A stretch of 62,044 nt of DNA, filler included, from Asterionella formosa (lineage: Eukaryota): the NCBI GenBank assembly GCA_002256025.1. It is 25 parts of 25 records of this genome, joined end to end, with 100 filler letters (N's around TTAATTAATTAA, not from the genome) between each part and the next. Parts side by side here need not be neighbours in the genome. Positions count along the whole stretch, not along the records: positions 34,861 to 37,244 come from NKIB01015338.1; positions 37,345 to 39,726 come from NKIB01015339.1; positions 39,827 to 42,208 come from NKIB01015340.1; positions 42,309 to 44,690 come from NKIB01015341.1; positions 44,791 to 47,171 come from NKIB01015342.1; positions 47,272 to 49,651 come from NKIB01015344.1; 19 more parts are not named here. The stretch is one strand, 5' to 3'. A program made the position numbers and the translations under genes. Numbering within the stretch: position 1 is the stretch's first letter; each line of letters starts with the position of its first letter. Positions 36,133-48,124 of this stretch are shown here, in pieces. The notes below the pieces were generated by a model. The model worked only from the letters and a program-made list of their open reading frames with translations, made no database searches and was not told where the DNA came from.

Positions 36133-37244
36133 GGGCCGTTCTTATCATTTTTTTTCGTGTAGCACGGAATTTGAATTTTTTTGAAAATGTATCAGCAACG
36201 GTAACTCGATTTGAATTGAATTTCATTCATTCCAAAAGTGTCACTGTATCACTAATTTGTGATCACATTGTATCATGGAGTAACATGGATCTTCAACGGC
36301 AACTGGCTGGCAAAGATCATGTGTATATCCTCCGGAATATAATGATGGTCTTGATATCAAACAACAACATAAAATATAATTACCGGGAAACTAAATATTA
36401 TATTAAAAACACACATTTGCATGAATCATGTCGTCGCCATTTGATTTACTTGATGATAATGATGATGACAGTAGTGATCTTGATTTCTTCTTCCTCTGTC
36501 ATTTAGCTAAGGAAGCAGAGGAAAAAGAACACTCATCCAAACGACAAAGGCGACGCTGTAAACGGCAGCTTCAGTCATCTGAACGACGACAACAACGAAG
36601 GCACAAGTGGCACCACGAAAGAATCTCCTGGCAATCACATGTCAAGAAACTGAATCACGAGATTGCTTTCGAGAAGACATACAGAATGTCACACAGAGCA
36701 TGCAAAAAACTCACCTCCATGCTGGAAATTCAGATTGCAGGGAATTATTCCAAATGTGGCACTTCTGAGCCCATAATTCCCGAAATTGTGGTAGCCATTG
36801 GTTTGCGATGGCTGGCTGGTGGCAGTTACATCGACATTCGTCATGCCTACGGTTGTAGCATTGCTTCACTTTATCGATGTCGTGATTTGTTCATTGATGC
36901 TGTACTAAACTGTGGAGAACTCGAAATTGTTTTTCCAAAAGAAAAAGAAGAATTTATCAAATTGGCTTCCAGCTTTGAATGCAAAAGCTCAGAGGGCATG
37001 ATGAGAGGATGTGTTGGTGCTATTGACGGCTTCCTAGCCACCATCAACCGCCCGACTATAGTTGAAAGTGGCAACAACCCTGGTTCATTCTTTTCCGGTC
37101 ACTACATGACTTATGGAATCAATGTCCAGGCTGTTTGTGATGCTGACTCAAGATTTATTTATTTTGGTGTAATTGCACCGGGAAAATGCAGTGACCAAGT
37201 AGCTTTTGAACGAACTTCCATTTTCGATCGAGTTGCAGCATTCA
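36133..37244 (+). mobile_element. PIF/Harbinger transposon left end; transposase ORF 36428 to contig edge
   Basis: TTA followed by the TIR GGGCCGTTCTTATCATTTT at 36133. The transposase is homologous to 27405-28329. Confidence 0.92.
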
Positions 37245-37344
37245 NNNNNNNNNNNNNNNNNNNNNNNNNNNNNNNNNNNNNNNNNNNNTTAATTAATTAA
37301 NNNNNNNNNNNNNNNNNNNNNNNNNNNNNNNNNNNNNNNNNNNN

Positions 37345-38179
37345 TCATAGAGACAGGACAAATGACGAATATCCGCAAGTCGCCGTACGTCTCTCTCATT
37401 GACTTGGCCCACACACAACCAATGATGGTCTTTCCTAGACCGCAATCCAACGCTAGGATGCACCGACGCATAAGAAGGGCTTTGAGAATGGCCCGCTTTT
37501 GATGTGAATATAATGTCCATCCATTGTTGAGGGTTGCCGATAAATTTGCGTTTTGAACTAACGCTTGACGATACTCGTCGTTTACTGGTTGTACACGGTC
37601 TTGTGAGAACTGCAACACTTTCGGCATCACAGAAGCCGCCAAATTAGTTTCAGATAAGTTTGCCCATTGTGATGGTCGATCTAGGCAAAGTGGCTCCTTC
37701 ATCTTTTCTGAAATGTCACTGCTTTGCTTCATGATTTTATGTATGTGAGACATCAATGGCTTGCTTGATTGGTCAGCTGAAGGTGGTTGAGTCGGACCAG
37801 TGCTAACACTCATTCCAGCACCGCTCGAGGTAGACGATGATATTTTGTTCTTTAGTGCTACTCTTTGATGTGTTGTCTGGTCCATAATTTGAATAGCTGC
37901 CTCCCAATCGATTCCAGAATCATCAAAGTTGCCGTCAAGACTATTTTCTCTTTTCAGGGAAGTGGCGAGAGAACTTTGAACGGAGGCCTGAGCGAGGTTT
38001 CTACCAACTTTCGGAATTTCAATCGACTGTAAACGTGAATTCTGAGTTTTTCCAGACGAAATGTTCCAAGACGACTGATTCTGCTGTCGCTGATCCGCAG
38101 GAATGGCATAGCTCACACTTAAATCTTCGTGCTGTCGAGTTCGCTTGTTGCTTTTCAGATATGGATTGACAACGGGCAT
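37345..38179 (-). CDS. SNF2-family helicase, SMARCAL1/ZRANB3-like, N-terminal fragment
   Basis: LYSHQK (Q motif), CILALDCGLGKT (motif I), VICPVS (motif Ia). Truncated by the contig end. Confidence 0.8.
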
Positions 38180-39530
38180 TCTGTCGACATCATCGATCGC
38201 TGAACCCCACAATGTATGCAGCAAGGAACGACGCCGAGCACTTTCGCTGTGTAGTGACTATACCGATATAGATTATCTGGTAAAGTACCAGTACTGTTCC
38301 AGGTACCGGCTTGAACTCTACTTCGATCCTTTTGTTGTTTCCTCAGACTCGGTAGAGTGTACCGGTATACATGATCGTCATTGGTGCAAATGGAACAATT
38401 GGTGAATAATATTTTACTCCTACATAAATTAGCAGGTTCCTGGTTACCGACTATCATCAACTGTGGTGTGCTGTGCACCAGGTATCATCTCTGATCGGTA
38501 CGATGGTGCTAGGTTCTGGAAGGTCCGGTAATCGAGATATTTAGCATAGTCTGTTTTTAAGTAAAAACCGTGTTTTACCGGACCTCTTTCCCTACTGGTA
38601 CGTACCGGGTATAAGAATTAATACAATCGCTCTTGAATCGAACGAACATAAGAAAATTCCCATTACCAAGATTAAATGATTATTAATTTTCGATTTTTTA
38701 CAACTGCTTAACACTATTATTAGTTTCTTAGATAGAATACACGTGTAGCTAGCAAGTAGTGAAAGAAACGAACACATAGCTTTGATATTCATTGCGAAAT
38801 AGCTAAAATAGAAAATCAGTGGAAGCAACATGGCATTCGACCGCAACGACAATATCTCCATGATTTCTTGCCGGATCAAAACCCGAGTAGTTCGTACATA
38901 ACCGTTGTACATCAAGTAGAAATATTCTATAATATCAGAAGCTGAAAACAACATTTGGTTTATAATTCGTAATTTATCTGTTTACAATAGGCGTATCATC
39001 ATTGTCATGATGTTACCGGTAGTCTACCGGGACTTTTCCCAAACAGGGTTGAAAAAGAGAAAACTATTCGTAAATTCAACTGCCCATTGGCATTTGCAAC
39101 ACAATTGCACCACCGATTGCACCACTATCACTTAGAGAAACCAAAATTGCACCATCAGACTACCTTTATATAAAATCCGTGCTTCGAGCTGCACTACCGT
39201 AATGATATTTTCTACATAGGATCACGATCAGGTTCATATAAGACATGTATTTTGTAGCAGCCAACGGCCGTAGGCTACCCGTTCCATACATGTTATGGGA
39301 CATACCGGTACTAATAAAATATTGCAAGCATTTTGTATCATACATATATGTTACTGCCGGTAATGAATTTTTAACCAAGGCACTCCTTGCTGACGTCATA
39401 TTGTCGCTGCACCACATTGCACCACCATAGACCTACTGGTACCAAACCGGCAAACGTCATGTTCCAAGAACATACATGCTTGTAGCTATTTACAACAGCC
39501 ATAAGGTATACTGACATGAAGTCAATTGTA

Positions 39531-39626
39531 CCAGGGTGGTCCTGGTACCTGGTACCAGTACCATTATGAATCATTACCGTATACTTCATTGTCCTGGACC
39601 CCCCCTATGGTTGCTGGACCCCCCTG
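39531..39626. mobile_element. Candidate ~95-bp TA-flanked MITE
   Basis: TA-(C)CAGGGTGGTCCTG ... CTGGACCCCCCTG-TA, an 11/13 inverted match. Confidence 0.4.
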
Positions 39627-39826
39627 TACATTTTTCTCGAGGTGGAACCAAACACCCAATAATTTTCTTGTCATAGACAAAGTAACGTGCCATAATTCTT
39701 TTTGTCCTCGTAGGCACTAGTATGTANNNNNNNNNNNNNNNNNNNNNNNNNNNNNNNNNNNNNNNNNNNNTTAATTAATTAANNNNNNNNNNNNNNNNNN
39801 NNNNNNNNNNNNNNNNNNNNNNNNNN

Positions 39827-40150
39827 TCAGACGAAACTCAACATAATGGGGAAGGCGAACTGAAGACATGGCCTCTGACGGCTATTGATTGCACCTTATC
39901 ATTGGACGTGACATCGAGAGCCGCACTTGATAATCCGATGGATGAAAATCTCCGAGTCCTCAAGGATGTCATCCAGAACTTTCATATGAATTCTCCAGAA
40001 CAGGTGTTGATTTGTGCCCTCCGCATGCTGGGGGGTAGAGGGGATTCACATGATTGTGACGACATTCCCGGTTCAAAATCTTGCACCGAAATAGGTACTG
40101 ACAAGGTTTCAAATGACCATATGTTTGGCGGATACTATGGGCATCCATAG
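39827..40150 (+). CDS. C-terminal fragment of an unknown protein
   Basis: Frame is open from the contig start to TAG at 40150. No recognisable motif. Confidence 0.45.
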   Translation, partial: SDETQHNGEGELKTWPLTAIDCTLSLDVTSRAALDNPMDENLRVLKDVIQNFHMNSPEQVLICALRMLGGRGDSHDCDDIPGSKSCTEIGTDKVSNDHMFGGYYGHP

Positions 40151-40752
40151 TGCTGGTCCCTTTCATTGCTATGAACATTAATAGAGTTTGTTACTAAAAA
40201 GTGTGAATGGCAGCGTATCTAATTAATACACCATCAATGTAGGAACAGGCAAGGTTGTCTAGAGATCAGGATGCGAATTCACTTACCGATGGGTCTAATA
40301 TTAATACACATGCTATCTGGAAATAGATGTTTCAAATACAAAAAAAATATTCAGGACACTTAGCTATTGAAAGTACTTTGCCATATGTACTGTACATAGT
40401 TCGCTGCATTCAGTATTCGCTAGCTGTTGTTTTCATTGATTTGGAATCAAACTTTCTCCAATAGTTCTTTGACTTCCAGATACTTGCGACTGTATTGAAA
40501 ACTGTGATTAATTCATGAGCAGCATGATCCCTAAGAAATGCAAATAGAACATGCATGTAGCTACTAGCAAAAGAATTAGTCTCGATCACTAGTTGGATTG
40601 TCACGACCTCCATGCGAGTTGGAGTGAACGAACAAACGAAAATTTGTTGAAAACTTCTATGGGTTATTATCAAACATCCATACTACTCCACCCACAATCT
40701 CCCTACTCAATTATCACTTCTTGTGTTTGAAGAATAGCAAGGTGCAAACATC

Positions 40753-41931
40753 TCAAGGCGCCGAACTAATAGCGTCTCGCCTCAAACACTCATATCTTGT
40801 CCTTCGGTCCAGATCCAACTCAATCAATCAATCTAGACACTCCATAGCCCCATCTTGGTTCTCCTCCATCCTCGATAGAACATTGTACAAACCCAACCAA
40901 ACCCATTTGCTTTCCTTTTCATCTGCCACCAATTCCTGTAACATTTCCTTCTCTGCCACGAGCTGATCCTGTGACAACAACCCTTGCGACAACAAAAATT
41001 CTAAATACCACCATGCTGTTTGATCATCAGGTTCTGTAAATATGGCACTATGAATCAATTCCAATTCTTGTTGAATAATCGTAGGCGCATAATTGTCTCC
41101 AATAATGTTCTGATGTTACATAATAATGTATGGCAACAATTTGCTTCGATAATGCAAGGCCGATCCATTACTAAAGTTTTCATTGATTTTGGTGGTTGTA
41201 AATGTAAATTCCGACTGAATTAGAGATTGCAGTTGTTCCCTTTGTTCTTTGGAGATGTTGTAATTATTTTCTTCCAACTTGGTCGATGGAGAATGCCCCA
41301 CTTGACTACCCATCATGACTGTCGTGGCAGTAGTTGTTTTTGTCGTCCACCATGTCCATTCCCCACCACCACCACCACCACAACTACTACTATCACCTAA
41401 GATAGCTGCACCATGGATTCCAATAATGAACCTTCGATAATTCCAACAATGAAAATTTCGTTCATCCAATAGTAAGAATTGTGTTGTCAAATCCAGTTCG
41501 TTACGTATTCGGTTCTGATCTGTATGACAATACGTTCCCATCAACCACTTTCTATGAAACCAAACACTGTATGCTTTTGGATTTCTTCCTAAGCATTGTT
41601 GTGTCAATGTCAATTCCTCGTCCAACATTGTAGTAGTCGTAGCAGTGGTATCTGTATCAGCTGTTTTGTCTAATTTAGGATTCTCCAGCTGTTGCGGCGG
41701 AGGCAGTTCTGCTAATAAAATATCCCTACGATGATTCCATAAATACATGGGATCTGGATTGACTAATACTAATTTGGACAATACGTCAAGTCGATCCTTG
41801 TTGTTTTTCGTTGTTACAGAGACGATAAGTCCTGACAAATGAAACCATTGCGATGCTTTTGATTGCAATTTGGCAGCCAAAATGGGATCACGAGTTTTCA
41901 TTTTATACTCGTTTCGTTTTTGACCGTGCAT
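40753..41931 (-). pseudogene. RABGGTA: Rab geranylgeranyltransferase alpha subunit with two in-frame stops
   Basis: MHGQKR start and PPTA repeats NPDPMYLWNHRR, NPKAYSVWFHRKW, DERNFHCWNYRR, NFSNGSALHYR, EPDDQTAWWY. In-frame TAA at 41116-41118 and TGA at 40828-40830. Confidence 0.88.
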
Positions 41932-42316
41932 GATGATGATAGTTGGATGGATGGATGGATGGATGGATGATCAAAAGGAGTACTAATGGATGGATAGTGC
42001 CAATGAGAGAGAGAGAGTACCGGTAGATCGATTCAGTTGATGCAGTCAATCAGGGTTTAGAAATCATTTCTATTTTTATGTTCATATGATGATTATTTTT
42101 GCTTTTGCTGCCGCCACCTATCGTTCAGGACGATCTGCTAATCATGTGGTGTGTCAATGCTGTTGGTAATGGCTAATTATTGCAGGTATATAAATCACCA
42201 TTCTTTATNNNNNNNNNNNNNNNNNNNNNNNNNNNNNNNNNNNNNNNNNNNNTTAATTAATTAANNNNNNNNNNNNNNNNNNNNNNNNNNNNNNNNNNNN
42301 NNNNNNNNTATAGTTA

Positions 42317-43385
42317 ATGTTTGACAGCCCCTTCATGCAGCATACATGTGAGTGCTTAAAGGAGTACAGAACATCATTATGAAATAATGCTACACATAGT
42401 GATCCACTGTTATTACCAGCATATTGTTAACATAGTACCAGTAGACTAATGCTGGTAAATCTCTTTCCTTCTGTAGTGACACATGCAGTCATCTACATAT
42501 GAATTAAGGACTGTGCATGCTTGTCTACAAAGTTTAAGAAAAATATTGCTTAACGTTGTCTTGATTAAATTAGATTCCATCATTTGCTTAAACCTAAATA
42601 GTCTTTCAGTACTTTAACCCAAAGTAAAACGATTTGGAAAGTAAAATGGCTGTTGATCCAGTCTAGTACAATAGTAGTGGCTAAGACACCAAAGATGCTA
42701 GTTGTTCTTTGACAGGAATGGGAGGTTGGGATTGGAGGGCAAAAGCCAGAAAGGCTATTTACAAGGGTTGAAAGGAGTAGACTGAAATTTATTTACTGCT
42801 GGTGCTAAATTCTGTGGGAGACAGTTGCAATGCTAGTTTGTGCTGGTGATACTACTCCTGCAAACACAGCAATAGACCGAATTTATGAGCCATATGGCCA
42901 AGACCAAACAGTGACATACATACTCATGCATCTGATTAAAGATTGTTGCACTGGTGGGCATTCACTACTGTGTGTTTAGATAATTTCATTGAAATTTTGA
43001 AATTTGCAATGTCTTTAGTATTTACTTTGCTTGTTTAGTACCTCAATTGTTATTAACTATTTTATCTCCTAGTAGTTTCATGGTTTGCATGTTAACATGC
43101 ATATTACTAGAAAACTGGGGAGGTACAACAAGGGATTTCATTTCATGACAAAGCTATTAGAGGTGATGGTATTACCCAGTCTATACAAGGCAGTATATAT
43201 ACTGAGCTTTGTCGAAGGTGCTAGTTAACTACCACTGCACTACATAGCGACGACTTTATGTGCCAGGTACCTGGTACCAGGTACCCAGTCTAAACGAGTA
43301 CCGGTACATTGCTACATAGCTTTTTTGTCGAAGGTGCCGGTGCACAACAAAGCTACGACTATATGTACTGGTACCTGGTACCAGT
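42317..43385 (+). repeat. ~1.1-kb dispersed non-coding repeat, copy 2
   Basis: Colinear with 23377-24470. Confidence 0.9.
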
Positions 43386-44009
43386 CAAAAACTGCTTAAG
43401 ACCACTATGAACTGCTTAGACCACTATAACGGGGTAATCTTACACTATTTCAATTTTAGCAATACGACAATATTTACTATGAACAAGTCATTTGTTTCAC
43501 GCATCTACATATAGGATGTCTTAACGCCCGATCGATGTTGTGTTCCAGTTGGTGAGATACCGGTAAACGACTTCGAAAATGTTGAGTGAGGCACATCGGA
43601 AGAAAATAAAATTACCTCGTTTAGCTGGGCCGACATTTTATATTCATATACGATATCAAATAATGTTTTATACTCCAAATTAATATAGCTTCCTTTAACG
43701 CTTTTCTTGAGGTGGATTATAATTAGGGCGCGATTGTGTGCGACATCCCAATGTAAACATGCGCACTAGTTCACACCATAGCAATTTAGTGATTTTTTAC
43801 TGTCAACATAGATGCATCCTGAAATGCTCTCGAGACCATCACAATATACCACATTTTCATTTCTCCGGATCTTACAACTTAGTATAATGAACCGAAGAAG
43901 TACCAAACCTCGAGCAAGTACAGAGTTATTTGTAAGTCTCTAGATAAGGATTTAGTAAAGTTTGTTCTAAACAACAATGTCAGAGAAGTAGACGTTAGAA
44001 AGGCTAGCG

Positions 44010-44462
44010 GTGGAGGAGTTGTTTTACCAAGTGGCGCTATTGCTATCTAGATTATTAGTAGCAGACAAAGTTGACACAATAACGTGGCTAAAAAAAGACA
44101 TGGTGAAGTACCCTTTGAAGAAATTGAATCATGACAGCAAAGATCTAGTAGTAGGGGGTTTGAATTCAATAGTGCTATTGGATTGTTCCCCAGCAGAACG
44201 AATCGAAACTAGCAGTACACTTACCTTTGGAACCAGAGCCACCACTACTGCATCGTCCACTTTGACACCAGATACATGTAATGCAGATAAACACAGCAGT
44301 GAGAGAAACAATAATCTAGCCGATAGACCGGAACAGCATGAGACTCAACAAACACAACCTTCCGGTGAGAAGGGGGGGAACAAATACAAACGAAAAAAGT
44401 GTTCCATTGAGACCATGAAACTTGCTCCAGCACCACAAGCATGTGGTGGGCATCAATCTTGA
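44010..44462 (+). pseudogene. Degenerate kinesin motor C-terminal fragment
   Basis: KDLVVGGLNSIVLLDCSPAERIETSSTLTFGTRA resembles kinesin QDSLGGNSKT....CSP....ETLSTLxFGxRA. The rest of the motor is absent. Confidence 0.55.
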
Positions 44463-44790
44463 TAAGATGACTTGCCAGTTGGCGCTATTGGCGATCGCGC
44501 AAAATAAATGGTTCATGTGGTGGCTGGACGCTTTAAACTGGGAACGGAAGCACTGGACGATAAGACTAGGAGAAAAGAAGAGCAGAGTAGAAGGAGAGTG
44601 AGAAAGCGAATAAGAAAGTTATGGATTATAAAGCAACATTGAACGAGGTGCAAGCGATCAGAGCACTCAACAAACGGGCACACAAATGGANNNNNNNNNN
44701 NNNNNNNNNNNNNNNNNNNNNNNNNNNNNNNNNNTTAATTAATTAANNNNNNNNNNNNNNNNNNNNNNNNNNNNNNNNNNNNNNNNNNNN

Positions 44791-44936
44791 GGTACCAGCA
44801 CATCATGCAGAGTGTAATGTCGGCCCACATTGAGTTGTACAACAAGACAATTCATGATCGTGTGAGAAGTGAATGCAGTGGTAACTTCAAGAAATTGCTT
44901 CTAGCAGTTTTGACGGCGGCATGGCCCGAAGAGTAA
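44791..44936 (+). CDS. Annexin C-terminal fragment
   Basis: YQHIMQSVMSAHIELYNKTIHDRVRSECSGNFKKLLLAVLTAAWPEE* matches the end of an annexin repeat (Y.K.L...I.SE.SG.F.KLL.A). Confidence 0.75.
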
Positions 44937-47074
44937 GCATGATGATAGTTTGAGGAACACGACGAAATTGCTCTCAAATATTATGTAACAGTTAGAAAAT
45001 GCATATATACCCTATTTTTGGTCCAGGATGAATCCTACATCAATGGTTCATATGTGATACTTAAAGACATGCATTACTGATAATGATGGCACTTTTCAGC
45101 AACCAGAATGTGATCCTCGACAGAGTGTGATGTTCGCTCAAAATTGTCAAAAGTGTTTGAAATGCGAGGTAGAACCATGATTTGGCGAAATCCTGGGGTT
45201 TTGCCTGTGAAGACCAAGGTGCTTTTTTGATTGATGCCAAGATTTGTATATAAATCAAAAAGTTTCCACAAGGCTATGTTGATTGAAATTTTGTTTTATT
45301 CCATTTCATACGATGAATTATGAAAAACCTCTTATATAATTCAGATGAATTTCACATACTGCAGCTAAGAATAATTTTCTGTTTCCATTTCAATTTATCA
45401 TTTGATCGAGGAAATCAGAGTTGTATTTCTACAATTAAAATTTATCCAAGTTACTAGCCATAGATAAGCCAGAAGTTGCAATTTGCTCCTTGTTGAATTG
45501 TACTTGATGCTAGCTAGGAAGGGCAAATAACGCGTACAAAATACTGCAAGGAATGGCAGCCAATGGATACACTCTGAAAGGACAAAGAAGAAGAATAACG
45601 ATGCGACTACTGCTACCAGTATTATGTTGTGGTGTTACCAAGCAAAAAACGATGACAAGACTAATGGGTTAATGAATCCCAGTAACTTCTTTACACTATC
45701 AGAAGTTTCATGATTTGTTTCAGCTGTAGTGGTGACATGTTGGAAGAAGATAATATAGCAGGTGATTTTCTAAACCAGCTAGTAATACATATCATGCATG
45801 TACAAAATTGGGGCATGATGCATGAAATCTACTGTTACTATCTGCCTCCTAGTACTAGAGGAAGCCACTGACATGAAAACAATGCAGGAATCCCAATTAC
45901 TGCCTAAAGATGCATTAGTATGCAAAGTACTTTTTAATTATTTTTCTTGCTCTTGGACCAGTGATCCTTTCATTTAGTTTCCTTCACAAAAATTCTTTAT
46001 AAGGAATGAAGATTGCACAAGAGACAAAACAAAGAAATTTTGATAGCCTCAATGTCACCTTGGATTCAGATTTTCTAATAGCTAGTGCTCCTCATGCTGC
46101 CTGCATCAGCCAGTTGAATCATTGTTTCTTATAGCTAGGACTTTAAGTTATGAGCAACAAAGGTGCATTGCTCATTACATGACCACTACCTGCTATACAG
46201 ATGTTATTGCTCAAGATTCATCCATTCCCCTTATCATTGTAGTAGCCGGTCAATTGCAATTAAGCACTGCTGTGTATGATGATGGCAATTTATCAAATAC
46301 TTCCAAACTCATGATCCCATTTGGTTGTCTAGATGACTCAAAGCAGTCGAGGTCTGTGTATAGATAGTTCGCTGGCATCTTATTCTGTCTTCTGACCATT
46401 CAAGTAAGAATTTTATGTGACTCAAATCATAAAAAGTGGGTCCAACAGGAGTTTTGTTAAGTATAGGTACTGAGGTACATACCACCACATATAGGTGCTA
46501 TTTACATTTTTTGAATGATCTTGATACACCATGATTTGCACGGCGTAGGGACAAAATAATGCACAAGCTATAATAAAAGAGGAACAAAGTACAACGATCA
46601 TGTCCAGTTTTGTCCAGTATATAGATCAACGGGATCGAACACGAGTCAACATTGTAATCAACAAAAATAATTACCTCTCCACGATCCAGAACGTACAAGA
46701 GATCTCTACCGCGTAGTTGCGAGATTGAAATTTAACGAATACTTTATTTGCTGGGAGGCAAACGTATATACGGTATATCATACAGAGTAACCTGTTACCT
46801 ACCAGGTCCCGGTAAATTTCGGTACCAGCTACCAGGTACCAGGGAGTAGTTCCTGGTACCATGTACCGGTACCTGGTACCGTATATCAAGTCATGGCTGT
46901 GGGCGGCGAAGAAATCATTGTACACAATCATGCCTTGGGAGAATGTGATTCGCGGTAAATACGTAATACTAGACATTATCTGTGGCTGAATATTTCCTGT
47001 TCCAAGATTTAATCATAAAATATAGCGAGTCCACCAGAGAAACCCAACAAAACCAACCTAAGCAACAAGGAAAC

Positions 47075-47171
47075 ATGACCATTAACCTCTTCCCTGACAT
47101 TGTCATTCAACAAGATCTTTCTCCCGATGCTTTCGGACAAGACACTGACGAGCGCTGCGATGAAATCGTTG
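47075..47171 (+). CDS. Probable annexin N-terminal fragment
   Basis: MTINLFPDIVIQQDLSPDAFGQDTDERCDEIV ends where an annexin repeat 1 (D...I..A.KG.G) would begin. Preceded by a CAA-rich 5' leader. Confidence 0.5.
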
Positions 47172-47271
47172 NNNNNNNNNNNNNNNNNNNNNNNNNNNNN
47201 NNNNNNNNNNNNNNNTTAATTAATTAANNNNNNNNNNNNNNNNNNNNNNNNNNNNNNNNNNNNNNNNNNNN

Positions 47272-48124
47272 GGTTTTGAATATCATTTAGTAAAACACTA
47301 CCAATTGAATTATTTTGGAGAGAAAGTTCAGTCAAGACAGTATTGACCTTGAGAGCCTCTGCAATGGCCTTGGCTTCGTCATCACCAATTCTATTACCAA
47401 TGAGATAAAAATTTGTCAAACTTGGATCATTCGCTTTCAACTGTCTGACATCTTTTTCCAAAGACTTGCGGTTCTTGTGTGCATCAATGAGTTTGTTTAT
47501 ATCATTTAGTAAATCGTCACCAATTGAATTACCAATGAGATCAAGTGTAGTCAAGACAGTATTGACCTTGAGAGCCTCTGCAATGGCCTTGGCTCCGTCA
47601 ACACCAATTGAATTCTCATAGAGATAAAGTCTATTCAAGACAGTATTGACCTTGAGAGCCTCTGCAATGGCCTTGGCTCCGTCATCACCAATTGAATGAT
47701 AAGAGAGACTAAGTGTAGTCAAACTTGGATCATTCGCTTTCAACCGTTTGACATCTTCTTCCCATCCAGTCTCTGTTGGAAGTATGATGGTTACTAACAA
47801 GCCAATTACCAAAAATAGCACCAAGGCAGTCCGCACTTTACGTTTACATTGATCCCTTGCTTCTGCTTTAATGTCAACAACAGAGGCACTGGCAAGTTCT
47901 GGATCAACCAGCACTAGCTCAGCATTGAATAGTGTTGCACGTTCTAGCTGGCCATGTTCACTCCTAATCTCGTTGGTGTCAAAATCAGAATCAACATTAC
48001 CATTCACAAAGGAATAGTTCTGTGAAGATGTCCATAATCCCTGAAACGCACCAGGACCAGGAAATGAATCAACTCCGAGATTCAAACATTCTGTTTCCTT
48101 TTTCGAACCAAATGCTCTTAGCAT
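47272..48124 (-). CDS. Single-pass membrane protein with RNI-like (NLRC3-type) leucine-rich repeats, 3' truncated
   Basis: TM LVLFLVIGLLVTIIL. 28-aa repeats SIGDDGAKAIAEALKVNTVLTTLDL, nearly identical at DNA level. The LKANDPSLT cap is duplicated. Confidence 0.85.

Noticed and set aside
38521..38585. 11-bp inverted repeat AGGTCCGGTAA...TTACCGGACCT
   Set aside because: No TSD, single occurrence, and overlaps the abundant CCGGTA motif, so it may be chance.
40753..41931. Stop-codon reassignment or readthrough to explain in-frame stops
   Set aside because: TAA, TAG and TGA all terminate other genes here, and the stops fit C-to-T decay.
17499..41931. Functional link between the CaaX micro-protein and the prenyltransferase subunit
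   Set aside because: They are on unrelated contigs, and CaaX-Leu substrates use GGTase-I, not Rab GGTase.
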